13,904 nt of DNA from an uncultured bacterium (GTDB taxonomy: Bacteria; Abyssobacteria; SURF-5): the NCBI GenBank assembly GCA_964510165.1, contig CAZEBC010000105.1:1-13904 (forward strand), in the 5' to 3' direction. The notes beneath the pieces were generated by a model. The model ran no database searches and was not told where the DNA came from. It was given only the letters and a program-made list of their open reading frames with translations. This document shows positions 5,914 to 13,904 of this stretch, in pieces (the first letter of the stretch is position 1; every line of letters begins with the position of its first letter). Position numbers and translations under genes: made by a program.

Positions 5914-7662
5914 ATGGCGCCCACTTTGTTTTCGATGCTCTCGATGGGGTCAAGCGCACTGCTGACCCAGCAGATTCTGCTCGACGTCGCGGGACAGAAC
6001 ATCGCCAATGCCGCCACTCCCGGCTACACCCGACAGCGCTCCGACATTCTGCAGCACCCCGAAGTGCGGATGGGAAACCTCCTGTTCGGGCTGGGTTCTC
6101 GCGTGGAGACTATCGAGCGCGTGCGTGAAAGCCTGATTGACACGCGGTTCCGCCGCGAAAACTCGCTGCTCGGCGAACTCACGATACGAAGAGATTTCCT
6201 TGTTCAGATAGAAGACATCCTGGCGGCGCCCTCGCAAAAGGGGACGGAACAGGCGCTTTCCGATTTTTTCGACAGTCTTCAGGAACTTGCGAACAATCCG
6301 GAGAATGAGGGGGTGCGCACCACCGTTCGAGACTCGGGCGTGACGCTCGCCAACTCCATCAGTTCGTCCTATGACCTTCTGAACCGGCTCCGCAGCAACG
6401 TCAACGACTTTGTCCGCAGCACCGTGGACGAGATCAACCGGCTGTCGGCCGAGATAAGCCAGCTCAATCGAAAGATAGCGAGCATGGAGGCTGGGGCGGG
6501 AACTGCTAACGCCTCTCGCGACGCCCGCGACATGCTGCTCAACCAACTTTCCGAGTTGGCGTCGGTTGAGATCACGCAAAGCCCCAACGGGACCGTCAGC
6601 GTGTACCTCGACGGTTACGCGCTCGTGCAGGACTACACTTATAACGCTATCGGACTGAGGGTCAATTCGCAACTTGATCCGGTCAGAACCGATTTTCTTG
6701 AGGTAGTTGCCTCGGGCGACGGCAACCGTCCGCTCGAGATAGCCAGCGGGACGCTTCGCGGCTATCTCGACATACGGGATGGCGTGGCCACCGATCAGGT
6801 GCTCGCCGACCTTGACCAGCTTGCGCTCACGCTCATCGAGGAGGTCAACCGGACCCACTCCCAGGGAGAAGGATTGGCTCGATTTGAGTCCGTCACCTCG
6901 GAATTCTATGCTTCGAGCGCAGATGCGCCGCTGAGCGGCGCTGGATTGCCGTTCACCGTTGTGGACGGCTCGTTTTTCCTCGCGGTTTACGACAGCCAAG
7001 GCGGTTTGCTCGAGCAGCATGAGATAACGATTGACGCGGACATTGATTCACTCAACGACGTGGCCGCACGGATCAACGCCGCGTTCGCCGCCGACGGAAG
7101 GCTCACGGCAACGGTGACCGCCGACAACCGGCTCGTCATCGAGACAACCGCGACGGGCGACACGTTCTCTTTCGTGAGCGATGACACCCAGGCGGGCGAC
7201 ACGAGCGATTTCCTGCTTGCAATGGGACTCAACGCCTTCTTCACGTTCGATCAACGGCGCGGGCCTGCCGCTTCGATAGCGGTGTCATCAACCATACTGT
7301 CCGACGTCTCCCACATCGCCGCGGGCCGCTCGACCGGCCCGGGCGACAACACCAATGCGCTCGCGATGGCCCAGCTTCGCAACAAGTCCGTGCTCGGACC
7401 AACCACCAACGCCACAATGGAGGAGTTCTTTCAGGCGACCCTTGTAACGCTTGGCTCGACAACGCGCGAGGCCATGGACCGGCATGAGGTGCAGTCGGGA
7501 GTCGTGGTCGGGATAGCGAACATGCGCGACTCGATATCGGGCGTATCGCTCGACGAAGAGGGTGTGAACATCATCGCCGCGCAACAGGCATATGAGGCGT
7601 CGGCCCGGTTTGTTTCCGCCGTGGCCGACATACTGGACATTCTGATGACTGAGCTTGGCTGA
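5914..7662 (+). CDS. flgK: hook-associated protein FlgK (HAP1)
   Basis: GQNIANAATPGYTRQR, FFDSLQELANNP, GDNTNALAMAQL and ISGVSLDEE...QQAYEASAR; AGGAG SD. Confidence 0.96.
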   Translation: MAPTLFSMLSMGSSALLTQQILLDVAGQNIANAATPGYTRQRSDILQHPEVRMGNLLFGLGSRVETIERVRESLIDTRFRRENSLLGELTIRRDFLVQIEDILAAPSQKGTEQALSDFFDSLQELANNPENEGVRTTVRDSGVTLANSISSSYDLLNRLRSNVNDFVRSTVDEINRLSAEISQLNRKIASMEAGAGTANASRDARDMLLNQLSELASVEITQSPNGTVSVYLDGYALVQDYTYNAIGLRVNSQLDPVRTDFLEVVASGDGNRPLEIASGTLRGYLDIRDGVATDQVLADLDQLALTLIEEVNRTHSQGEGLARFESVTSEFYASSADAPLSGAGLPFTVVDGSFFLAVYDSQGGLLEQHEITIDADIDSLNDVAARINAAFAADGRLTATVTADNRLVIETTATGDTFSFVSDDTQAGDTSDFLLAMGLNAFFTFDQRRGPAASIAVSSTILSDVSHIAAGRSTGPGDNTNALAMAQLRNKSVLGPTTNATMEEFFQATLVTLGSTTREAMDRHEVQSGVVVGIANMRDSISGVSLDEEGVNIIAAQQAYEASARFVSAVADILDILMTELG

Positions 7663-7685
7663 CACTGACCGAGGGGGTAATCGGC

Positions 7686-9602
7686 TTGGTTTGGCGTATC
7701 TCAAATCCCGTTCTTATCAACACATCGCTCAGGAACATGCAGACCTCTCTGCGACAATTGCAACATACACAGGAGGTGCTCGCGACGGGGCTCGCCATCA
7801 GGCGGCCTTCCGACGACCCGCTCGGCGCGACGACCGTACTCCGACTCAGGGCCGATATCCTCAAACTTGACAGGTACGTGGCGAACAATGATCGGGCGGA
7901 ATCCTTTGTGAACGCGACAGATCATGCGCTGGGGATCGTGAACGACCTGCTGATCGAGCTCCGCGAGATCACCGTCACCGAGGCCAATGACGTCGGAAAC
8001 GCCCAGTCCCGACAAGCGGCTGCGGAACAGGTAAACGCCATAATTGAACAGCTTATACAGACGGCCGACTCCGATTTCGGCGGCCGTTATATCTTCGCTG
8101 GGTTCCAGACCGAGACGGCCCCATATTTCAGAAGCGACACGAGCGTGGGATACCGCGGCGACGCCGGCCTCATATACGAGGAGATCGGACCCGGGAACCT
8201 CATCGCGGTCAACACGCCGGGGATGACGGCTTTTTCAACTTACATCGGCCAAGTCATCGGCGATGTTGACCTCAATCCTGACATCAGCGCGGGGCCGGAC
8301 TTCGACACGCCGCTCGCGCAGCTCAACGGCGGTGAGGGCGTGCAGGCGGGAAGCATCGTGATAACCGACGGCAGCGGCGCAGCGGCCACGGTTGACCTGT
8401 CGGGCGCGGTCACCATCGGCGATGTCATCAACGCGATAAACGCCGCCGGAATCAATGTCAGCGCCAGCATCAACCATGATGGAACGGGCCTGCTGATAAC
8501 CGATACCACGGCAGACCCGACACTTCCGCTTACTGTTACAGAGGACCCTTCGGCAACCACGACAACCGCCGCGGACCTCGGCATCCTCGGCAGCTCAATG
8601 GGATCGATAAATGGGAGCAATCTCGACCCGATCGTCGCGATACCAACCGTTACAAACGCCACACCGCTGAGCGACCTCAACTACGGAGCCGGCGTCGCTC
8701 TCGGAACATTTAACGTAACGGACCGCGACGGAAACACGGTCACCGTGGATGTCTCGGGCGCCAGTACGGTCGGCGACGTGGTCGCCGCAATTAATGCGCT
8801 CACCGGCCCGGCCTTCCGTGTGACCGCCTCCATCGCGGCGGACGGGAGCGGCATTGACCTCTCCGATACCACAAGCACAGGCCGAAGCCAGATAACGGTC
8901 ACCGAGGCTGGCGGAACAACCGCCGCCGATCTCGGGCTGCTGGGAACCGGCTTCGGGACAACTCTCCAGGGCGCGCGCCTGGACCCGATAGGCCAGTCGG
9001 CCACGCCCGTTTCTCTTCTGAACGGAGGACTCGGCATCTCGCTCGGGACCATCCGCATCACCAACGGAGACTTGTCTGCGTCCGTGGATTTGAGCGGCGC
9101 CATTACCGTTGGGAACGTGTTGGCGGCGATCGAGCGGGCGGGCGTCAGAGTGGATGCCTCGGTAGACTCCGCCGGATGCCGCATCATCATTACCTCGCAG
9201 ACCGGCGACACGCCTATCGTCATCACGAGCGAGGGCGGAACAACAGCGGAGGGTCTGGGGCTTTTCGCGCCCGGCCTGTTCGAGACAGCCGAGGCGGTGC
9301 GGCAGGCATTGTTGAATAACGATGCCGAGCGATTGTCTGCGCTCATCGCGGATGTTGATGCAATCAATTCGAGGATTATTCAGGTCCGGGCTGAGGCCGG
9401 TCAGAAAATGACGCAAATCGAATTTGCGCGGTCGCGGCTGCTGGACCTGCAACTGAGCTTCGAATCGCTCCGGGCCGAGACGGAGGAGGCGGACCTGACC
9501 GAATTCGCCACCAAGCTGGTGAATCAACAGACGATCTACCAGGCTGCACTCGCGACAACGGTTCAGGTGATCCAGCCGACGATCTTCAGTTTCTTGCGGT
9601 AG
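7686..9602 (+). CDS. flgL: hook-associated protein FlgL (HAP3), long form with three internal repeats
   Basis: LATGLAIRRPSDDP, GGRYIFAGFQTETAPY, YRGD and C-terminal YQAALATTVQVIQPTIFSFLR; follows flgK; TTG start behind GAGGGGG. Confidence 0.93.
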   Translation: MVWRISNPVLINTSLRNMQTSLRQLQHTQEVLATGLAIRRPSDDPLGATTVLRLRADILKLDRYVANNDRAESFVNATDHALGIVNDLLIELREITVTEANDVGNAQSRQAAAEQVNAIIEQLIQTADSDFGGRYIFAGFQTETAPYFRSDTSVGYRGDAGLIYEEIGPGNLIAVNTPGMTAFSTYIGQVIGDVDLNPDISAGPDFDTPLAQLNGGEGVQAGSIVITDGSGAAATVDLSGAVTIGDVINAINAAGINVSASINHDGTGLLITDTTADPTLPLTVTEDPSATTTTAADLGILGSSMGSINGSNLDPIVAIPTVTNATPLSDLNYGAGVALGTFNVTDRDGNTVTVDVSGASTVGDVVAAINALTGPAFRVTASIAADGSGIDLSDTTSTGRSQITVTEAGGTTAADLGLLGTGFGTTLQGARLDPIGQSATPVSLLNGGLGISLGTIRITNGDLSASVDLSGAITVGNVLAAIERAGVRVDASVDSAGCRIIITSQTGDTPIVITSEGGTTAEGLGLFAPGLFETAEAVRQALLNNDAERLSALIADVDAINSRIIQVRAEAGQKMTQIEFARSRLLDLQLSFESLRAETEEADLTEFATKLVNQQTIYQAALATTVQVIQPTIFSFLR

Positions 9603-9610
9603 AATGGGGA

Positions 9611-9721
9611 CGTCATTGTGAGGAATCTCGTGAAGCACGGGATGACGAAGCAATCCCGATATGATGGGGGATCGCCTTTCGAGATTGCTTCGGTCGGAAC
9701 TGCGTTCCTCCCTCGCAATGA
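9611..9721. repeat. CGTC-tagged composite palindromic repeat (REP/RPE-like)
   Basis: Starts with CGTC. TCATTGTGAGG (9613-9623) pairs with CCTCGCAATGA (9711-9721), and CGAAGCAATCCCGA (9646-9659) pairs with TCGAGATTGCTTCG (9679-9692), one mismatch each. Side hairpins at 9625-9643 and 9696-9708. Confidence 0.8.
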
Positions 9722-9764
9722 ATCCGGAGGGGCGCAAGGCGTGCCTTCTGAAAGCCCGTGCATG

Positions 9765-9789
9765 CTGTAGGGGCGCACGGCGTGCGCCC
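9765..9789 (+). repeat. GTAG-tagged REP
   Basis: CTGTAG-GGGCGCAC-GGC-GTGCGCCC, 25/25 identical to the reverse complement of 13129-13153. A degenerate copy lies just upstream at about 9726-9747. Confidence 0.88.
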
Positions 9790-9817
9790 TGTGAACGACG
9801 CGGGACACGGAAAAAAT

Positions 9818-10294
9818 ATGGGTAAACTGAAAATTCACAGCAAAGCGCTCGGGGAGATAGAGCTTGCAGAACACCAGATAATAGAGATGCCCTCGGGGAT
9901 GATCGGGTTCCCCTCGCTCGCTCGGTACGCGCTCATTCCGTTCGATGACCCGCAGGTCCCATTTGTATGGTGGCAATGTGTAGATGAGCCTTCCCTCTGC
10001 TTTATCCTCATTGATCCCGCATTGATTTGTCCCGATTACGTGGTAAACGTGCCGGCGGAGGAACTCGAGGAAATCGAACTCCAGTCCGTGCGAGACGCCT
10101 CCGTCTATGGAGTGGTCACGGTGCCGGCCGACCCCCGCGAAATGACCGTGAACCTGATGGGCCCGATCATCGTCAACCAGTCCGCCCGCAAGGCAAGACA
10201 ACTGGTGCTTGCCGATCCGCGCTACTCTGCCAGACACAGAATCCTGCATGAAAAGGCGTCGGGCCATGCTTGTGCTAACGCGCAAACTGAATGA
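9818..10294 (+). CDS. fliW: flagellar assembly factor FliW (CsrA antagonist)
   Basis: GMIGFP, FILIDP...[21 protein letters not shown] and YSARH. Start moved to ATG 9818 because the 9758 start runs through the REP. Confidence 0.94.
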   Translation: MGKLKIHSKALGEIELAEHQIIEMPSGMIGFPSLARYALIPFDDPQVPFVWWQCVDEPSLCFILIDPALICPDYVVNVPAEELEEIELQSVRDASVYGVVTVPADPREMTVNLMGPIIVNQSARKARQLVLADPRYSARHRILHEKASGHACANAQTE

Positions 10295-10505
10295 GAGCGT
10301 CATTATCGGTGACGACATCGCGGTCACCGTCCTGGCAATAGAAGGCGATCAGGTCAGGCTGGGCATCGCGGCCCCGAAAAATATTCCGGTCCACCGGCAG
10401 GAAGTCTACGAACAAATAGAGAAGGCCAATTTGGAAGCTGCCCGCTCCTCGACCGATATCTCGTCAATCGCCAAGCTGCTCCCACCCCGAAAACCCGCAA
10501 AGTAA
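10266..10505 (+). CDS. csrA: carbon storage regulator CsrA (with C-terminal extension)
   Basis: [18 protein letters not shown]...[20 protein letters not shown] plus the EKANLEAA tail typical of FliW-associated CsrA. Overlaps fliW by 29 nt. Confidence 0.97.
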   Translation: MLVLTRKLNESVIIGDDIAVTVLAIEGDQVRLGIAAPKNIPVHRQEVYEQIEKANLEAARSSTDISSIAKLLPPRKPAK

Positions 10506-10554
10506 ACACCCCTCTGCTTCGCGCCTCGCTCTCCATGATACCGGGGACTTCATC

Positions 10555-10583
10555 TTGCCACGTGCTTACGCGTATGCTAATCT
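10555..10583 (+). promoter_or_regulatory. putative sigma-70 promoter for the antiporter
   Basis: TTGCCA, 17-nt spacer, TAATCT with an extended -10 TG at 10575-10576. Confidence 0.5.
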
Positions 10584-10646
10584 TGAAGGATAATTGGACT
10601 GGCCGCGCCGAGCCACTGTCGGCAATGGGTATGAGGAATTCCTTTC

Positions 10647-12803
10647 ATGACTGACACAAGCGCCTTTTATGAAATCGCATTGGTTCTGGCTCTCGCATGC
10701 GCGCTCGGATTCCTCGGCCAGAAACTGCGGCAACCCCTGATCATCATGTTCCTGCTCGCCGGCATCTTGGCGGGGCCGTCTTTTCTCGGGATCATAAGAA
10801 GCTATGATCAGGTCAAGTTGTTCGCACAAGTCGGAATAGCCCTCTTGCTGTTTATCGTCGGATTAAGACTGGATTTGAATTTGATTCGCACCATTGGCCC
10901 GGTAGCGCTGGCAACCGGCCTTGGTCAGATCATTTTCACATCCGTAATCGGCTTCTTCATTGCGCTTGCGATGGCGATGTCTCCCCTCAGCGCAGCATAT
11001 GTGTCCGTGGCCCTCACGTTTTCCAGCACAATCATCATCGTTAAGCTCCTTTCCGACAAGAGGGAAATTGACTCGCTCCACGGTCGCATCGCCGTGGGCT
11101 TTTTGATCGTCCAGGACATTGCCGCCATCGTGGCCCTTGTCGGGCTGACGACTTTCGGGTCGGGATTCGCCCGGAACGGACAAGCCCTCGGAATATCTCT
11201 CCTCATGCTTGCCAAGGGCATCGGCTTTCTCGCCGCTATCGGCCTCCTCATGAAGTATGTCCTTCCTCGTCTGTTGCGCAGATTGGCGTATTCGCAAGAG
11301 TTGCTGACTCTGTCCGCCATCGCTTGGGCCATCCTCTTGGGGGCAACCGGCGAGAAGCTCGGATTCAGCAAGGAAGTCGGCGCCTTCTTGGCCGGTGTTT
11401 CTCTGGCCTCCTCCGAATACCGCGACTCGATCGCGGGGCGGCTGGTCAGCCTTCGAGATTTCCTCCTTCTTTTCTTCTTCATCGATCTGGGCGCTCTTCT
11501 GGACTGGTCCACCGTGGGCTCCCAATTCGGCGGCTCCATTGTCTTTTCGGTGTTTGTGTTAATTGGGAATCCTCTGATTGTGATAATTATCATGGGCCTC
11601 ATGGGGTATCGGCGTCGCACCAGTTTCCTGGCCGGACTGACTGTGGCTCAGATCAGCGAATTCTCGCTGATCGTCGGCGCGCTAGGGGTAAGCCTCGGCC
11701 ATATTATGCCCGAAACCATGGGACTGATTACCTTGGTGGGAGTAGCAACAATCTTTGCTTCGACTTATATGATTCTCTATTCCGGCGCCCTATACCGACT
11801 CTGCGCAGATTTCTTGAAACCATTCGAACGACGCATCCCGTTCAGGGAGCCTACCGGCGACATCGTACAGGATATCCCCTCTGCCGATGTGATCCTGGTG
11901 GGCTTGGGCAACTACGGAAGCGGACTCGCCGAATACCTGCTCCAACGGAGGAAACGGATTATCGGAGTTGACTTCGATCCCAGAGCGCTGGAAACATGGA
12001 GTTCCCGAGGGGTTTCGGTTCTGTATGGCGATATGGCGGACCCGGAACTGCATGAACAATTGCCCTTGGAAAAAGCGCCTTGGGTGGTGAGCACCGTGCG
12101 AAACAGGGACCTTAATATAGCTCTTCTCAGCCTCTTAAAACAACGCGGGTACGGCGGAAAGGTGGCGCTCACGGCGGCGGACCCGCGCGAGGCGAAAATC
12201 TACCGGAACTTGGGGGCGCATGTCGTGTTTCGCCCGTTCACGGACGCTGCAGAGCAGGCCGCCGACGCGCTGTCTCATGCGATGGATATGCTGCCGGAAG
12301 AGACGGGTTGGCCGATTGCTTTTCGTGAGATTCGATTGAGGTCCGGGTCGGCCTTCGCCGGAAAAACAGTGAAGGATATTCCCCTCAGGTCCGAGACGGG
12401 AGTGTCAATCATCGCTGTCAGCCGGGCGGGGCGCTCGTACTATGACCCGGGGCCCGATTTTCAACTCTATCCCGGCGACCGTCTCGTGACCGTTGGCCCG
12501 CCCAGCGAGCTGAAAAAGGCAGAGAGTTTTCTCACTCAGATGGAAGAACCGGAGGCTGGCGATAGACTTAAACGTTTTGAACTCGCCGAGATCAGTATCG
12601 CGGAAAACTCCGACAAGGCCGGTCGAACATTGGCGGAGTTGCAGTTCCGCCAGAAATATGGCGTCACCGTGGTCGGAATCCGGCGCGGCAACGACCACAT
12701 CGCGTTCAGAGGCCCCCACGAAAGGCTGCTCGGGGGAGACGTATTGGTCGTGATCGGAGAGTCCGAAGCGGTCGATGCGATCAAACGGATGGAGCCTCTT
12801 TAA
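10647..12803 (+). CDS. CPA2/Kef-type cation:proton antiporter with RCK_N and two RCK_C (TrkA_C) domains
   Basis: About 380-aa hydrophobic N-terminal region with LLFIVGL, LTFSSTIIIVKLL, LIVQDI, GAFLAG and AQISEFS; Rossmann-like ILVGLGNYG and YGD motifs; two RCK_C-like repeats (AGKTVKDIPLRSETGVSIIAV; AGRTLAELQFRQKYGVTVVGI). Confidence 0.92.
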   Translation: MTDTSAFYEIALVLALACALGFLGQKLRQPLIIMFLLAGILAGPSFLGIIRSYDQVKLFAQVGIALLLFIVGLRLDLNLIRTIGPVALATGLGQIIFTSVIGFFIALAMAMSPLSAAYVSVALTFSSTIIIVKLLSDKREIDSLHGRIAVGFLIVQDIAAIVALVGLTTFGSGFARNGQALGISLLMLAKGIGFLAAIGLLMKYVLPRLLRRLAYSQELLTLSAIAWAILLGATGEKLGFSKEVGAFLAGVSLASSEYRDSIAGRLVSLRDFLLLFFFIDLGALLDWSTVGSQFGGSIVFSVFVLIGNPLIVIIIMGLMGYRRRTSFLAGLTVAQISEFSLIVGALGVSLGHIMPETMGLITLVGVATIFASTYMILYSGALYRLCADFLKPFERRIPFREPTGDIVQDIPSADVILVGLGNYGSGLAEYLLQRRKRIIGVDFDPRALETWSSRGVSVLYGDMADPELHEQLPLEKAPWVVSTVRNRDLNIALLSLLKQRGYGGKVALTAADPREAKIYRNLGAHVVFRPFTDAAEQAADALSHAMDMLPEETGWPIAFREIRLRSGSAFAGKTVKDIPLRSETGVSIIAVSRAGRSYYDPGPDFQLYPGDRLVTVGPPSELKKAESFLTQMEEPEAGDRLKRFELAEISIAENSDKAGRTLAELQFRQKYGVTVVGIRRGNDHIAFRGPHERLLGGDVLVVIGESEAVDAIKRMEPL

Positions 12804-12844
12804 GTGACTATGTGTCCCTGTGGAACCCCGAACGCCGCGAGACT

Positions 12845-12873
12845 TTGCCTGAATCCCCTCGCGGTGTTAGAAT
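12845..12873 (+). promoter_or_regulatory. putative sigma-70 promoter for the small CxxC protein
   Basis: TTGCCT, 17-nt spacer, TAGAAT with an extended -10 TG at 12865-12866. Confidence 0.6.
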
Positions 12874-12922
12874 AAGATTGTGTCGCATATCTTCGGGGCC
12901 CCTCAAACGGAAGGGGAAAGCC

Positions 12923-13072
12923 ATGAATCCTTATCTTATGGCAATTTACTCGGTTCTTCGGCGCACGCGCACGTGTCCGAAGTGCGGAAAAGAACAGGTC
13001 GTGCCGCACTCAAAGATAAGAGGCGCCGTCCGATGCAAGTTCTGTGACGCAGAAATCCCGCCACCCAAGTAG
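12923..13072 (+). CDS. 49-aa zinc-ribbon-like protein (CPKC...CKFC)
   Basis: GAAGGGGA SD, ATG 12923, MNPYLMAIYSVLRRTRTCPKCGKEQVVPHSKIRGAVRCKFCDAEIPPPK, upstream promoter-like sequence. Confidence 0.75.
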   Translation: MNPYLMAIYSVLRRTRTCPKCGKEQVVPHSKIRGAVRCKFCDAEIPPPK

Positions 13073-13118
13073 TCTCGCCCTTGCGTAACACTTCTTGGGC
13101 CCCGCCGTGACAGGACAC

Positions 13119-13153
13119 AAAAGAAAGGGGGCGCACGCCGTGCGCCCCTACAG
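13119..13153 (-). terminator. GTAG REP doubling as probable intrinsic terminator of etfA
   Basis: Minus strand: GGGGCGCAC-GGC-GTGCGCCCC hairpin followed by CTTTCTTTT, about 25 nt after the etfA stop. Confidence 0.65.
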
Positions 13154-13176
13154 TCCTCATTATCGCCCTGCGCTCG

Positions 13177-13904
13177 TTACTGCGCCAGCAGCTTCTTGAA
13201 CTCCTCGGTCATGATCGGGACCACCTTGAACAGGTCGCCCACGATGCCGTAATTGGCTACCTTGAAGATGGGTGCCTCGGGGTCCTTGTTGATGGCCACG
13301 ATAACCTTCGAGGTCTTCATCCCGGCCATGTGCTGGATCGCGCCCGAGATGCCGCACGCGATGTAAAGCGAGGGATTGACGACCTTGCCGGTCTGGCCCA
13401 CCTGGTCGTGATGGTCGCGCCAGCCCGCATCAACCGCTGCGCGCGAGGCGCCGACGGCGGCTCCAAGCACATCGGCCAGTTCCTCGAGTATCTTGTAGTT
13501 TTCCGGGCCTTTCATGCCGCGCCCGCCCGATACGATGACGTCGGCCTCGGTGAGTTCCACCCTGCCCGCCGCGCTCTTGACGACCTCCTTGACGATGGCG
13601 CGCAGGTCCGCGTCCGCCACCTGGACGGAAACCTTCTCGACGTTCGCCGCCGCGGATGCGTCCGGGTTGCCGGGCGCAAGCACGTTCGGCCTTATCGTCG
13701 CCATTTGCGGAGTGCCCTTGCAGGAAACCTTGATCATCGCCTTTGCCGAATATACGGGCCGCGTGAAAACAAGCGTCTTGTCCTGCATGGCGAGGCCGGT
13801 GCAGTCCGAGCACAGGCCCAGCCCGAGCTTGGCGGCCACGGTCGGCGCCAGGTCTTTGCCGACCGCCGAGTTTCCAAAGAGGAGCACGGAAGGCTGGTTC
13901 TTCT
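13177..13904 (-). CDS. etfA: electron transfer flavoprotein alpha subunit (EtfA/FixB family), 5' end outside window
   Basis: [50 protein letters not shown] and [10 protein letters not shown] are canonical ETF-alpha FAD-domain motifs. Confidence 0.95.
   Translation of the reverse strand, partial: KNQPSVLLFGNSAVGKDLAPTVAAKLGLGLCSDCTGLAMQDKTLVFTRPVYSAKAMIKVSCKGTPQMATIRPNVLAPGNPDASAAANVEKVSVQVADADLRAIVKEVVKSAAGRVELTEADVIVSGGRGMKGPENYKILEELADVLGAAVGASRAAVDAGWRDHHDQVGQTGKVVNPSLYIACGISGAIQHMAGMKTSKVIVAINKDPEAPIFKVANYGIVGDLFKVVPIMTEEFKKLLAQ

Noticed and set aside
5950..7020. 356-aa minus-strand ORF
   Set aside because: Antisense shadow of flgK; long stop-free antisense frames are expected in GC-rich coding DNA.
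7686..9602. Alternative call of the long ORF as flagellin
   Set aside because: Position after flgK, the YIFAG..T..PY and YRGD motifs and the TIFSFLR C-terminus indicate FlgL.
8595..9737. 380-aa minus-strand ORF
   Set aside because: Antisense to flgL and starts within the repeat region; no protein-family features.
10584..10646. Possible riboswitch in the antiporter leader (GGCAATGG resembles a fluoride riboswitch start)
   Set aside because: The remaining conserved elements and pseudoknot are absent and the leader is too short.
1..13904. CRISPR array, tRNA/rRNA, transposase or integrase
   Set aside because: No regularly spaced repeat-spacer pattern, no cloverleaf with T/D-loop consensus, and no mobile-element ORF seen.

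Overview
Mostly a flagellar rod/ring/hook-junction cluster on the + strand from a GC-rich, diderm bacterium that is probably not a gammaproteobacterium: flgF-flgG-flgA-flgH-flgI-flgJ(rod-binding domain only)-flgN-flgK-flgL-fliW-csrA. A consensus sigma-54 promoter precedes flgF and a consensus sigma-28 promoter lies inside the 3' end of flgJ. flgM is missing from its usual slot. Downstream are a Kef/CPA2 cation:proton antiporter with RCK domains, a 49-aa CxxC-CxxC protein with its own sigma-70-like promoter, and the 3' part of a convergent etfA-type gene. Unusual points: (1) two unannotated, basic small ORFs with strong SD sequences and a shared MQxxSRR start fill the flgA-flgH and flgI-flgJ gaps and abut the next gene's start signals; (2) FlgH has no cysteine or lipobox; (3) FlgL is 638 aa with three internal repeats; (4) GTAG- and CGTC-type palindromic repeats are present, one forming the probable etfA terminator. 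All calls come from reading the sequence; no database searches were run.
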